Shown: piece after piece, positions 1 through 9,510 of the stretch
Layout of the letters: every line of letters starts with the position of its first letter
Numbering within the stretch: the first letter of the stretch is position 1
NCBI GenBank assembly: GCA_902386025.1
Contig: CABMHR010000001.1
Coordinates: forward strand, 177,108 to 241,107
Source: an uncultured archaeon
GTDB lineage: Archaea; Nanobdellota; Nanobdellia; Pacearchaeales; GW2011-AR1
Direction of reading: 5' to 3'
DNA length: 64,000 nt
Notes under the pieces: model-generated
Databases searched by the model: none
What the model saw: the letters and a program-made list of their open reading frames with translations, nothing else
Told to the model about the DNA's origin: nothing
Made by a program: the position numbers and the translations under genes

Positions 1-707
1 AGATTCATTCTGAAGACAGTTCTTCTTCCTTTTAGTTTTGACATTATTTCCAAACTTTTGTTAAGAAGCTCCCACGCATTCTTTTTTAAGCTTCTGTGAA
101 ATTTTTTGTAAAGTTCTTCGTTAGGAGTATTGACAGAGATATATAACTGCGTCGGAAGCTGTTTTGCTTTTTTAAGCTCCTCAAGTTTTTCAGGATACAA
201 TCCGTTTGTAACAAGAAAACTTGTCTTCCCTCTTTTTCTAATCTCTTCAATCAGCCCGCCGATATTTTCATAAACCATCGGCTCTCCTGAAAGTGAAATT
301 GCAAACTGCATAGGCTCCTGTGCTTCAAGATATTTTTTCATATTCGCTCTGCTTAACTGTTTTTTCTTTGATTTTTCGTCTCTATTAAATCCAATCAGGA
401 GTTCTCTCTGCGCTTTTATGCATCCGTCAATAATTTCTTTTGGAGAATCAACATTTCCCTTCAGTTCATTGTCAATAGTCATTTCAATTGCTCTCCAGCA
501 GTGCAGGCATCTGTTTGGGCACCACATTACAGCAGGAGACATCTGACAGCATAGATGAGATTTTATCCCGTAGAATTGCTCTTTATAGCAGATTCCTTCA
601 TCTAAAAGAGATTTTTTAGTCCATCTGCATATTTGAACAGCAGAATGTTTTCCGACTAAATAATAATGCTGTTTTTTCAAAAGTTTTTTGATTTTATCAG
701 GAATCAT
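1..707 (-). CDS. taw1: 4-demethylwyosine synthase Taw1/TYW1 (radical SAM), runs off window start
   Basis: Manual translation from ATG 707: MIPDKIKKLLKKQHYYLVGKHSAVQICRWT...CYKEQFYGIKSHLCCQMSP...CPNRCLHCWR...FAISLSGEP. Confidence 0.9.
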   Translation of the reverse strand, partial: MIPDKIKKLLKKQHYYLVGKHSAVQICRWTKKSLLDEGICYKEQFYGIKSHLCCQMSPAVMWCPNRCLHCWRAIEMTIDNELKGNVDSPKEIIDGCIKAQRELLIGFNRDEKSKKKQLSRANMKKYLEAQEPMQFAISLSGEPMVYENIGGLIEEIRKRGKTSFLVTNGLYPEKLEELKKAKQLPTQLYISVNTPNEELYKKFHRSLKKNAWELLNKSLEIMSKLKGRRTVFRMN

Positions 708-738
708 AAAAAAAGAAACAGGGGGTAGATTTTAAAGC

Positions 739-2163
739 TTACTTAAACAAGCCAATTGCCCAGAAAATCATCATAACCAAAACTAACAGAAGGAATACAT
801 AAGTAACTATCTTGAACATTCTTTTTGCCCATTTCTTGCTCTTTGTGATTGCGAACATTGCAAGATAAAAGAATCTTCCTCCGTCAAATATTCCGACAGG
901 AAGCATATTCACCAATGCAACGCTGAATCCAATTAAAACAAGCCACCATAGGAAATTGTAAATAAATTCAGCAGCTTCAAAATTAGGAGCATAATAAACA
1001 GCAGGGTTTTTGAAATTAAACGCGCTCATTAATGTTCCTAAAATTCCTGAACTTTGCCTGCTGATAAATCCAACCCCCAGATAAGACTGGCTTTCATTTA
1101 ATGGATTTTTTCCTAAAGCAATTTCATAATCTTTGTCTGTCCCATCTTCAAGAATTGTTATTGTGACTTTATCCCCTGGAGAATATTTCATAAGTTCATC
1201 TCCAAGTTTCTCCCTGCTTGTTATTGCGATTCCGTTAAGTTTTATGATTGTATTGCTTAAGTTTGCCTTTATTGCAGGAGCATCATCATACAGAAGAACA
1301 TATTCATTTATTCCTGACTGGCTTTCAAGGAAACTTTCAGTTGCAAAATAGCTTTTATTTCCTGCTTTTATCTCGCTTATCCCTGTTGTGTTTGCGAAAT
1401 AAAGCAGTTTGTCAAATGCAATATTGCTGACATTTACCTCGTTTATTGAAGTTATTGCAGAAATTCCCACAGCAGAATATGTGTATGTGTCAAATACAAC
1501 CCCAGAAGGAGTGAAGGCAAGAGAGAAAAATAATACTAATATTCCAAATGATAAAATTGCAATCAGCAGGTTTGCAAATGTTCCTGCGGAAAGAATCGCC
1601 ATCTGATTCTGGATTTTTTTCTTTTCCATTTTTTTCTCGTCAAGTTCAACAAATGCTGCAAGAAATATTGGAAGAAAGAATGGAAAGAATCCAATCCCTG
1701 TGCTTTTTATTCTTACTTTTTTATTTACCGCAAAAATTCCGTGGCTGAATTCGTGGCTTATTGCAACAATTGCAAGAACAATTATCCAATAAATGAAATA
1801 AAACGGAGGAAGATAATTGACTTTGAAAATCTGCGGAAGATAAGGAAGCAGAGGTGCTATTGGAGGAATTTTTATCAAGCTTACAATTTCATTATGAAAA
1901 ATATAAGTCCAGACTATTTTTCCAAAAAGATAAAGCATTGTCGCCATCAGAAAAAATCCAATAATAATTGAGAGATAGCTCAAAAAATTAAGCAGTTTGG
2001 TGTATTTTTTTCCAATATGTTCTATTATTCTCATTCCGACTTTTGTTTTATACAGCCACAAAAGCCCTTCTCTTTTCAGATTCTCCCGTCTTTTGTATAA
2101 AAAAACAGAGGTAAACACTAAGAATATCACTAATAGCACTATGTCGTAAATCATAAAATTCAT
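739..2163 (-). CDS. Site-2 protease (M50) with PDZ-like domain
   Basis: HEFSH zinc motif, NMLPVGIFDGG motif, multiple TM segments. Confidence 0.9.
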   Translation of the reverse strand: MNFMIYDIVLLVIFLVFTSVFLYKRRENLKREGLLWLYKTKVGMRIIEHIGKKYTKLLNFLSYLSIIIGFFLMATMLYLFGKIVWTYIFHNEIVSLIKIPPIAPLLPYLPQIFKVNYLPPFYFIYWIIVLAIVAISHEFSHGIFAVNKKVRIKSTGIGFFPFFLPIFLAAFVELDEKKMEKKKIQNQMAILSAGTFANLLIAILSFGILVLFFSLAFTPSGVVFDTYTYSAVGISAITSINEVNVSNIAFDKLLYFANTTGISEIKAGNKSYFATESFLESQSGINEYVLLYDDAPAIKANLSNTIIKLNGIAITSREKLGDELMKYSPGDKVTITILEDGTDKDYEIALGKNPLNESQSYLGVGFISRQSSGILGTLMSAFNFKNPAVYYAPNFEAAEFIYNFLWWLVLIGFSVALVNMLPVGIFDGGRFFYLAMFAITKSKKWAKRMFKIVTYVFLLLVLVMMIFWAIGLFK

Positions 2164-2185
2164 TCTATTCCCTCTTTATTTCAGT

Positions 2186-2347
2186 TTATTTTTTTCTTAG
2201 CGGACGAAATGCTTTCTTCTTGCACTTCCTGCATTTGACTTTTCCCTTCAAAACTTTCTGCGAGTCTGCTTTCGCTTTTGTTCTGCAGTTCTTGCACACA
2301 AAAACATTCTTGTATAATCTGTTTGTTGCTTCTGGAATTTTAGCCAT
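2186..2347 (-). CDS. rpl40e: 50S ribosomal protein L40e (absent from ORF track)
   Basis: Manual translation MAKIPEATNRLYKNVFVCKNC...KCRKCKRKAFRPLRKK; zinc ribbon. Confidence 0.8.
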   Translation of the reverse strand: MAKIPEATNRLYKNVFVCKNCRTKAKADSQKVLKGKVKCRKCKKKAFRPLRKK

Positions 2348-2409
2348 TGTATTATTGTGAAATTATGCTATTTAAAATATATGATTTTAATTCTAAGATT
2401 TCTGCCATC

Positions 2410-2796
2410 TTATACCTTTCGTTTTATTACTTTAACACCTTCAACATCCCAGTATTCAGCAGTGTCATTTCCCGCCAATTCGCTTTTGATTTCTTCAGGG
2501 CAGTCGACTTCAAGAGTCTCAAAATTTTCCAAATCCATCAGGCTTACTTTGTCTCCTACAGAAAGAACCTGCCCCTTTCTTTTTTCAACAAGGGGGATTT
2601 CCAGCCTGTCGTGCCCAGGGATTACAAAAACTTTTTTCTGTTCTGAAATTATTCCAACAGCTTCAATTCTGCATTTTGCGTGTCCGTGCTTTCCTGTCTT
2701 GCTTGTATCAATCTTTTTTATTGTGCAGGGCTCTCCATCAACAATAATATTAGTTCCGACTTTCGCCTCTGTTGCATTAATTATTTTCAAAACCAT
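2410..2796 (-). CDS. eif5a: Translation factor aIF5A
   Basis: Hypusine motif SKTGKHGHAK; start set at MVLK. Confidence 0.95.
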   Translation of the reverse strand: MVLKIINATEAKVGTNIIVDGEPCTIKKIDTSKTGKHGHAKCRIEAVGIISEQKKVFVIPGHDRLEIPLVEKRKGQVLSVGDKVSLMDLENFETLEVDCPEEIKSELAGNDTAEYWDVEGVKVIKRKV

Positions 2797-2847
2797 TATT
2801 AAACAAAAAAAAATACATTTATAAACATTTTTACTCAAACAAATAAA

Positions 2848-3507
2848 ATGGTGCTGCAAAAAAAAGACTTTATTGAGATTGAATTTACGGGAAGAATAAA
2901 AGACGGGGAAGTATTTGATTCAAATGTAAAAAAAAATCTGGAAAAATTAAACCCGAATGAAAACCCAAAACCCCTGATTTTTTCTTTGGGAGAGGGGATG
3001 TTTCTCAAGGGGATTGATGATTTTCTGATTGGAAAAGAAATTGGGGAATATACAATAGAACTTTCCCCTGAAAAAGCATTTGGGCCGAGAATAAAAGAAT
3101 TTGTCCAGATGGTTCCTTCAAAATTATTCAGCGGACAGAGATTAAATCCTGTTCCTGGAGCAGTATTCAACTTTGACGGAAGAATGGCAAAAATTCTCTC
3201 TGTCTCTGGCGGAAGAGTGATGGTTGATTTTAACAATCCTCTAGCAGGAAAAGCTGTGGTGTATGATGTCAAGGTTATAAGAAAAATAGACGACTTGAAC
3301 GAAAAAGTAAAATCATTTCTAAATTTCCTTTTCAGAAGAGACATAAAATTCTCTGTTGACAAAGAAAACAAGAAAGTGATTGTTGAAGTTGAGAAAAATC
3401 TCTCCCAGTTTGTTGAAATGTTCAAAGAGAAATTCAAGGATGTGATGGGAATGGAGCTTGAGATAAAAGCCGGTGAAAAAGAAAAGCCAAAACAGGAAGC
3501 ACAATAA
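2848..3507 (+). CDS. slyD: FKBP-type peptidyl-prolyl isomerase (SlyD-like)
   Basis: GEVFDS, PEKAFG, VDFNNPLAGK motifs. Confidence 0.9.
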   Translation: MVLQKKDFIEIEFTGRIKDGEVFDSNVKKNLEKLNPNENPKPLIFSLGEGMFLKGIDDFLIGKEIGEYTIELSPEKAFGPRIKEFVQMVPSKLFSGQRLNPVPGAVFNFDGRMAKILSVSGGRVMVDFNNPLAGKAVVYDVKVIRKIDDLNEKVKSFLNFLFRRDIKFSVDKENKKVIVEVEKNLSQFVEMFKEKFKDVMGMELEIKAGEKEKPKQEAQ

Positions 3508-3564
3508 TTATTCTTCCTTTTTTAGAACGATAATTCTTATAAATCCATCTTAATTCTATTTGTT

Positions 3565-4668
3565 ATGGCAGAAATTTACAAAAAAGGTGCTTCGGCTATG
3601 TCAAATGTTTCTGAAGAAGTCAAAGAAATAGACAGGGAGCTTGAAGAACTTATAAAAAAGCAGTCAGCAAAAATAAAAGTTATTGGAGTTGGCGGTGCAG
3701 GAAATAATTCTTTAAGCAGAATGAGGGAAATAGGGATAAAAGGAGGGGAATTAATTGCAGTTAACACAGATGCTCAAGATTTGCTGTATGCAAATGCAGA
3801 CCAGAAAATACTTATCGGGAAAGATTTGACGCAGGGATTGGGTGCAGGGAGCAACCCCAAAATAGGAGAGCAGGCAGCAAAAGAATCAGAATCAGAAATA
3901 AAGAAAAAAATTGCTTCAAGTGATATGATTTTCATAACCTGCGGGATGGGCGGAGGAACAGGAACAGGCGCAGCTCCTTTTATTGCAGGGCTTGCAAAAA
4001 AACAGGGAACATTAACTATTGGTGTTGTAACACTTCCCTTTACAATTGAAGGAAAAAAAAGAATTGAAAATGCAATGGAGGGGCTTGACAAGATGCAGTC
4101 TGTTGTAGACACGCTTATTGTTATCCCCAACGACAAATTGCTGGAATTGGCTCCTGAACTGCCTTTGCATACTGCATTCAAAATTGCAGATGAAATTCTT
4201 ACAAATGCAGTAAAGGGAATTACAGAATTAGTTACAACAACAGGATTGGTAAATCTTGACTTTGCAGACATTAAAGCAGTGATGGTTGATGGGGGAGTTT
4301 CACTAATCGGCTTGGGAGAATCAGATTCTTCCCAGAGGGCAGTTGATTCTGTTGAGAAAGCAATTCAAAATCCCCTTCTTGATGTTGATATTTCGGGAGC
4401 AACAGGAGCATTGGTAAATATTGTCGGAGGGCCCGATATGAGCTTGGAAGAATGCAAGACAATAATAGAAGCAGTTGGAAATAAATTAAGCAGGGAAGCA
4501 AAGCTAATTTGGGGAGCCCAGATTTCAGATGATATGGAAAAATCAGTGAGAGTTCTTCTTGTTGTTACAGGGGTAAAAAGCTCCCAGATTATCGGACACG
4601 AAGATTCAATTGATGACATAAAACACAAGGAAATTGAAGAAGAACTCGGAATTGAATTTTTTGAATAA
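3565..4668 (+). CDS. ftsZ: Cell division protein FtsZ
   Basis: GVGGAGNN, GMGGGTGTG, NLDFAD motifs. Confidence 0.98.
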   Translation: MAEIYKKGASAMSNVSEEVKEIDRELEELIKKQSAKIKVIGVGGAGNNSLSRMREIGIKGGELIAVNTDAQDLLYANADQKILIGKDLTQGLGAGSNPKIGEQAAKESESEIKKKIASSDMIFITCGMGGGTGTGAAPFIAGLAKKQGTLTIGVVTLPFTIEGKKRIENAMEGLDKMQSVVDTLIVIPNDKLLELAPELPLHTAFKIADEILTNAVKGITELVTTTGLVNLDFADIKAVMVDGGVSLIGLGESDSSQRAVDSVEKAIQNPLLDVDISGATGALVNIVGGPDMSLEECKTIIEAVGNKLSREAKLIWGAQISDDMEKSVRVLLVVTGVKSSQIIGHEDSIDDIKHKEIEEELGIEFFE

Positions 4669-4687
4669 ATAATTTTAAAAACCCATT

Positions 4688-5020
4688 ATGCTGCATAAAT
4701 TTATGAAAGATATTGATGAAAGGCGTGCATTGCTGATGAAAGTGCATTATAATTATACAGAGCTTAGAGCAAAAAACAGAAATGATGAACTCCTTGGACT
4801 CTGCGACTATGATGCCCCTTCAGGAAGGTTGTCAATCAACAGAACTGTAAATGAACTTATTAAAAGATTTTCTCCAGAAAAAAGAGAGCTCAACGACGCA
4901 CTTAGAAATTATAATGCAAGCTTGGAAGAAGTCATAATGGGAGACAGAATAATACTTTCAGATAATTTGGTTTTCTCAAAAGAAGAACTAAAGGCGCTTA
5001 GCGAAGAACTTCCATTTTAA
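4688..5020 (+). CDS. Hypothetical protein
   Basis: 110-aa ORF filling intergenic space; no motif recognised. Confidence 0.55.
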   Translation: MLHKFMKDIDERRALLMKVHYNYTELRAKNRNDELLGLCDYDAPSGRLSINRTVNELIKRFSPEKRELNDALRNYNASLEEVIMGDRIILSDNLVFSKEELKALSEELPF

Positions 5021-5078
5021 TTAATAAGATATATTCGCATACACAAATCTTAAAAAACTATTTTTTAATTCATAAGTT

Positions 5079-5330
5079 ATGAAAAAAGATGAATATAATT
5101 CTTTTTTGTCCAGATATGACAAAGGAACAAGATTCGAGATTGTAACGGACAGGGGGAACGGAAGAATGTCATCAGAAGCAACACTAAATTATTCTGACAA
5201 GGCAGGAATTATTAAACCAGAATTGGAATTTGACGGAGGGGCAGTATTTAATCCGCGATTAGTAGGTGGGATTGAAAACGGAGTTATTTCTTTAAAACCG
5301 CTCTTCAATTTTTCATCAGATAAATCTTAA
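5079..5330 (+). CDS. Hypothetical protein
   Basis: 83-aa ORF with TATA-like box upstream; no motif recognised. Confidence 0.5.
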   Translation: MKKDEYNSFLSRYDKGTRFEIVTDRGNGRMSSEATLNYSDKAGIIKPELEFDGGAVFNPRLVGGIENGVISLKPLFNFSSDKS

Positions 5331-5354
5331 AAACCCTGTTTCTCTAATTAATAT

Positions 5355-5534
5355 ATGAAAATTTTTACTTCACTGAAATCTTTTCTTGAGAAATGCAAAA
5401 GAGTTTGGATGGTTCTTAGAAAGCCAACAAGAGAAGAATTCCTCAAGATTGCAAAAGTTTCTGCAGTCGGGATTTTAATTATAGGAATTCTTGGATTTTT
5501 AATTTCTATTGTCATAAAGCTTTTTACAAAGTGA
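5355..5534 (+). CDS. secE: Protein translocase subunit SecE/Sec61-gamma (absent from ORF track)
   Basis: Manual translation ...KCKRVWMVLRKPTREEFLKIAKVSAVGILIIGILGFLI; conserved ftsZ-secE-spt5-rpl11 order. Confidence 0.92.
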   Translation: MKIFTSLKSFLEKCKRVWMVLRKPTREEFLKIAKVSAVGILIIGILGFLISIVIKLFTK

Positions 5535-5632
5535 TTTCTCCTTCAAAAAGTTTATAAACCTGACTTTCAAATAAATTATATCTTTCTAAGATATTATGTC
5601 TTAGACGGAGCTAAACAAATAACGACGATAAA

Positions 5633-6091
5633 ATGATTTTTATTGTAAAAGTAACAACAAACAAGGAAGAAAGGGTATTGGACATGATTGCAGAGAGAGC
5701 TCAGAAAAAAAATCTGAATGTTTTTGCAGTTCTTCGCCCTCACGGACTTAGAGGATATGTTCTTTTGGAGGCAGAAGACAGGGAATCTGCAGAAGAATCT
5801 GCTTTTGATTTGCCTTATGTAAAAGGAATCATAGGAAAAACAATCAACTACGACGAGATAAAAAATATGATTGAACCTTCTGCAACAACTATTTCAATAA
5901 AAGAAGGAGATATTGTTGAGATGATTGCAGAGCCATTCAAGAAAGAAAAAGCAAAAGTTTTAAGAATAGACAAGCAGAAAGAAGAAGTTGTAGTAGTATT
6001 GCTTGGGGCAGTTGTTCCTTTATCTGTAACGGTTAAACTGGACAATGTCAAAGTAATAAGAAGAGAAGAAGGAGAAGAAAATGCAAATTAA
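5633..6091 (+). CDS. spt5: Transcription elongation factor Spt5
   Basis: NGN domain (LRGYVLLEA) plus KOW (EGDIVEMIAEPFK); gene order. Confidence 0.95.
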   Translation: MIFIVKVTTNKEERVLDMIAERAQKKNLNVFAVLRPHGLRGYVLLEAEDRESAEESAFDLPYVKGIIGKTINYDEIKNMIEPSATTISIKEGDIVEMIAEPFKKEKAKVLRIDKQKEEVVVVLLGAVVPLSVTVKLDNVKVIRREEGEENAN

Positions 6092-6764
6092 ACTTTTGGT
6101 TGATGGTGGAGCAATGAAGCCGGGTCCTGCACTTAGCCAGAAGCTCGGCCCATTGGGGATTCCAGTAAATCAAGTTATTCAAAAAGTAAATGAAGCAACA
6201 AAGCCTTTTGACGGAATTCAGGTTCCTGTTGAATTGAATGTCAATCCTTCAACAAGAGAATTTGACGTAAAAGTTTTCTCGCCTCCTGTTTCTGGATTAG
6301 TAAAAAGAGAATTAAAAATTGAGAAAGGTTCTGGACTTCAGAAAAAAGTAAAAGTTGGAAATGCTTCAATAGAACAAATAATTTCTTTAGCAAATACAAA
6401 ATCCCAAAACTTGCTGTGCAAGGATTTTAAGTCAGCAGTAAAAACTATTGTAGGAACCTGCGCCAGCTTGGGAATATTAATTGAAAACAAGCCCGCTGTT
6501 GAGATAGAGCAGGAAATTAATGAAGGAAAATATGACAAGGAGATAAATGCAATGAAAACAGAAACTTCTCCTGAAAAGAAAAAAGAGCTTGAAGCATACT
6601 TTTCAAAGATAAAGAAGGAACAGGACAAGCTATTGCAGCAGGAACAGGCTGCTAAAGCAGCAGCTGAAGAAGCCAAGACAGCTGAAGCTCCTGCCGCATC
6701 TGCAGAAAAGAAACCAGAAGAGAAAACTGCCAAAGCTCCTGCCAAGGCTTCGCCGAAGAAATAA
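6081..6764 (+). CDS. rpl11: 50S ribosomal protein L11 with Ala/Lys/Glu-rich tail
   Basis: GGAMKPGPALSQKLGPLG; GTCASLG. Confidence 0.95.
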   Translation: MQIKLLVDGGAMKPGPALSQKLGPLGIPVNQVIQKVNEATKPFDGIQVPVELNVNPSTREFDVKVFSPPVSGLVKRELKIEKGSGLQKKVKVGNASIEQIISLANTKSQNLLCKDFKSAVKTIVGTCASLGILIENKPAVEIEQEINEGKYDKEINAMKTETSPEKKKELEAYFSKIKKEQDKLLQQEQAAKAAAEEAKTAEAPAASAEKKPEEKTAKAPAKASPKK

Positions 6765-6805
6765 TAAGAACAATTTATAAATTAATAATTGTTCTTTTTT
6801 TTAAG

Positions 6806-6878
6806 GGGGCTATGGGGTAGTCTGGTAGCCTTCGAGGTTTGGGACCTCGCGACCCCGGTTCAAATCCGGGTAGCCCCA
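6806..6878 (+). tRNA. tRNA-Pro(TGG), no intron, CCA not encoded
   Basis: Acceptor GGGGCTA/TAGCCCC, anticodon arm CGAGG-TTTGGGA-CCTCG, T-loop TTCAAAT. Confidence 0.95.
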
Positions 6879-6957
6879 TTGCACGAGTGCCGTGCAAGAA
6901 ATAAAATGCAACGAGAGCAGGCTTGAGTTCGGTAGCTCAATTTAAGGAAGACAAAAA

Positions 6958-7176
6958 ATGCCATCAAAATCAAAAAAAACAAAATCAGCAGGAAGATTCG
7001 GAGCAAGATACGGGCGTTCAGTGAAAACTAAATTAGTTAATGTAGAGCAGAAGCAGAGAAAAAAGCAAAAATGCCCATACTGCGGAAAACTTGGAGTGAA
7101 AAGAGTTTCAAAAGGAATATGGGAGTGTTCAAAATGCGATAAAAAATTTGCATCAGACATATACTACTTACAATAA
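6958..7176 (+). CDS. rpl37ae: 50S ribosomal protein L37Ae
   Basis: AGRFGARYG, CPYC...GIWECSKC. Confidence 0.95.
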   Translation: MPSKSKKTKSAGRFGARYGRSVKTKLVNVEQKQRKKQKCPYCGKLGVKRVSKGIWECSKCDKKFASDIYYLQ

Positions 7177-7183
7177 TAATAAA

Positions 7184-7321
7184 ATGGTTACCTACAAATG
7201 TTTCAAGTGCGAGAAGAAAGTTCTTAGTAACAACCTGGATAAGAGATTTGTCTGCCCTTTTTGCGGAAGCAAGATTTTTTACAAGCCAAGAACACATGTT
7301 AAGAAAATAAAGGCAGAATAA
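7184..7321 (+). CDS. rpoP: RNA polymerase subunit P (Rpo12) (absent from ORF track)
   Basis: MVTYKCFKC...FVCPFCGSKIFYKPR; follows rpl37ae as in other archaea. Confidence 0.9.
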   Translation: MVTYKCFKCEKKVLSNNLDKRFVCPFCGSKIFYKPRTHVKKIKAE

Positions 7322-7323
7322 AA

Positions 7324-7641
7324 ATGGACGAAGAAAAAATTCAGGAAATGCAGCTTCTTGAACAAAAACTGCAGAATACAATTCTTCAAAAGCAGGCGTT
7401 TCAGATGGAGCTTGCAGAAACTGCTTCTGCATTGGCTGAATTGGAAAAATCAGGAGATGAAGTCTTTAAAATAATCGGACAGTTGATGATTAAATCTGAA
7501 AAGTCAAAGATGAAAGAAGAACTTCTTGACAAGCAGAAAATTCTGAATTTAAGAATAGCCTCTTTGGACAAGCAGGAAAAAATTCTGGCAGAACAATCGG
7601 AAAAATTCAGGGAAGAAATAACAAAATATTCAAAAAAATAA
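7324..7641 (+). CDS. pfdB: Prefoldin beta subunit
   Basis: Coiled coils flanking EVFKIIGQLMIK hairpin; gene order. Confidence 0.9.
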   Translation: MDEEKIQEMQLLEQKLQNTILQKQAFQMELAETASALAELEKSGDEVFKIIGQLMIKSEKSKMKEELLDKQKILNLRIASLDKQEKILAEQSEKFREEITKYSKK

Positions 7642-7780
7642 ATGCATAAAAAAGATATAATTTTTTATTTTATTCTCTTTTCTTTTTAAAACCTCGTCGG
7701 TAAAAAAAGAATAGACACACTTTCAAAATATATAAATAAACTTGCGAAATCTTTATAAATAAGTCATATCTAACTTTAAT

Positions 7781-8179
7781 ATGGCATTTGATAAATTAAA
7801 AAAGGTTTTTAGCGGTTCTCCAAAAAGTTCAGGTTCTGCTGAAGATTATCTTGAGATTGACTTAGAGAAAGAGGAAAAAGAGAGCAAAATATTGGTTAAG
7901 CTTTTTGTACTGAAAAAATATGATGATGTAAACCCAATCTTGAATGTTTTGAGAGAAGGCTACACAATTGCAATCATTGACATAAAGGTTTTGAAAAGCA
8001 AAGACCCAATTGAGCTGAAAAGAGCTGTTTCAAAAGTTAAGAAAACAGCAGATGCTCTTGAAGGGAACATTGCAGGGTTCGGAGAAAATTTATTGATTGT
8101 AACTCCTCCTTTCGCAAAGATTGAAAGAGATACAACTGTAAGCACAGAACCAGAAAGAAAGCCAAATAAGTTTGAATAA
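7781..8179 (+). CDS. sepF: Cell division protein SepF
   Basis: LREGYTIAIIDI...GNIAGFGENLLIVTP archaeal SepF pattern. Confidence 0.88.
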   Translation: MAFDKLKKVFSGSPKSSGSAEDYLEIDLEKEEKESKILVKLFVLKKYDDVNPILNVLREGYTIAIIDIKVLKSKDPIELKRAVSKVKKTADALEGNIAGFGENLLIVTPPFAKIERDTTVSTEPERKPNKFE

Positions 8180-8220
8180 TTCTTCAAAACCTTTAAAACT
8201 TCTGCTTTTCTATTAATTTT

Positions 8221-8835
8221 ATGAAGATTGTTTTTATTCCCGCAAAAATAAATTCAGAGATAGATGCAAAAAAGATGCAGAATCTGAAACTGCCTGTTAA
8301 CATAGCAATTGCTTATTCTATTCAATATAAGGATATTACATTTAAAATAAAGGAAATTCTATCTAAAAATCATAAAATCACTTCCATAACTCAAGTTTTA
8401 GGATGTTCAAAGCCAAAGTTTATACGGGGAACAGAAGCAATACTGCTTGTTTCTTCAGGAAAATTTCACGCAATTTCCCTGTCGGCAGAGACAAACCTGC
8501 CTGTTTATGTTCTTGAAGCAGGAGGAATAAAAAAAATATCAAAAGAGGAAGTTGATTCTTTTGCAGTGAGAAAAAAAGCATCTTACTTGAAATTCCTTAA
8601 TGCAGAGAAAATTGGAATCCTAGTTTCAACAAAGTCAGGGCAGGAAAACCTGAAAAAAGCAATCTCTTTCAAAAACAATCTGAAAAATAAAAAATCCTAT
8701 TTGTTTATGGGAAATAATATTAATGTAAAAGAATTTGAAAACTTTCCAGACATCAAGGCGTGGGTTAATTCTGCCTGCCCAAGAATGGATTTTGACAGTT
8801 CAGCTATTAATATAAGCGATTTGGAGAAGAATTAA
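8221..8835 (+). CDS. dph2: Diphthamide synthesis protein Dph2 (short form)
   Basis: QVLGC, GKFHA, GILVSTKSGQ, ACPRM motifs. Confidence 0.85.
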   Translation: MKIVFIPAKINSEIDAKKMQNLKLPVNIAIAYSIQYKDITFKIKEILSKNHKITSITQVLGCSKPKFIRGTEAILLVSSGKFHAISLSAETNLPVYVLEAGGIKKISKEEVDSFAVRKKASYLKFLNAEKIGILVSTKSGQENLKKAISFKNNLKNKKSYLFMGNNINVKEFENFPDIKAWVNSACPRMDFDSSAINISDLEKN

Positions 8836-8914
8836 TTTTATAATAAATTATCCCCCTTTTAAAATAATCATCTCACTTGGACAGCACGTTAATTCTTATT
8901 CATTAACTATTTTT

Positions 8915-8980
8915 TGTTATGATATAAAATTCTAAACGCGTGATTAAACTTACTTTGTTGTTTTGAAAAAGAGGGGATAA
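8915..8980 (+). repeat. Intergenic motif copy A (ATAAAA..AACGCG..AACT..AAAAAGAGG(T/G)GATAA)
   Basis: Aligns by eye with 49421-49489(+) and 40363-40429(-). Confidence 0.6.
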
Positions 8981-8990
8981 TAAATTTTCC

Positions 8991-9380
8991 CTAAACTCTC
9001 GCCATTCCAAAAACTGTCTTTATGGCTACAATAATAGTAGCCGGAACAAATAATGCAAGCAGTGCAGCGAATATTGATGATGCAGTGTCTCCTGCTCCGA
9101 TTCCTATAAGAGAACTAATAACACTTTCCATTCCAAATCTGCTTACTATCACAATTATCGCACCTGTTATGAGAAATGTCTGTGAGTCTCTGCCTGTCGT
9201 GTTTATTGAAGCTCCAACAACTATTCCGAGAATAACAAGTATAAAATAAATAAAACTGCTGTATCCTGTCAGCTTTGAAAGGGGAATCAAAGTTGTCAGC
9301 AGTCCTGCAATCACAGCAAGAACAACTGCTATAAGAAAAGCCCACGCGCCTATAGAATTCTCTTTTGCCTTCATCATCAT
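8991..9380 (-). CDS. Membrane protein (4 TM)
   Basis: GAWAFLIAVVLA start, hydrophobic throughout. Confidence 0.75.
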   Translation of the reverse strand: MMMKAKENSIGAWAFLIAVVLAVIAGLLTTLIPLSKLTGYSSFIYFILVILGIVVGASINTTGRDSQTFLITGAIIVIVSRFGMESVISSLIGIGAGDTASSIFAALLALFVPATIIVAIKTVFGMARV

Positions 9381-9510
9381 ATTAAATAGTATGCAGGGAA
9401 ATATATAAATTTTCTTGCTTCCTCATTCCCTCGTTATTTTCAATAAAAAACGGCATTCCAAATCTATATTTTGCAAAATACAAAACCTTATAAACCATAG
9501 TAACTCCGAA

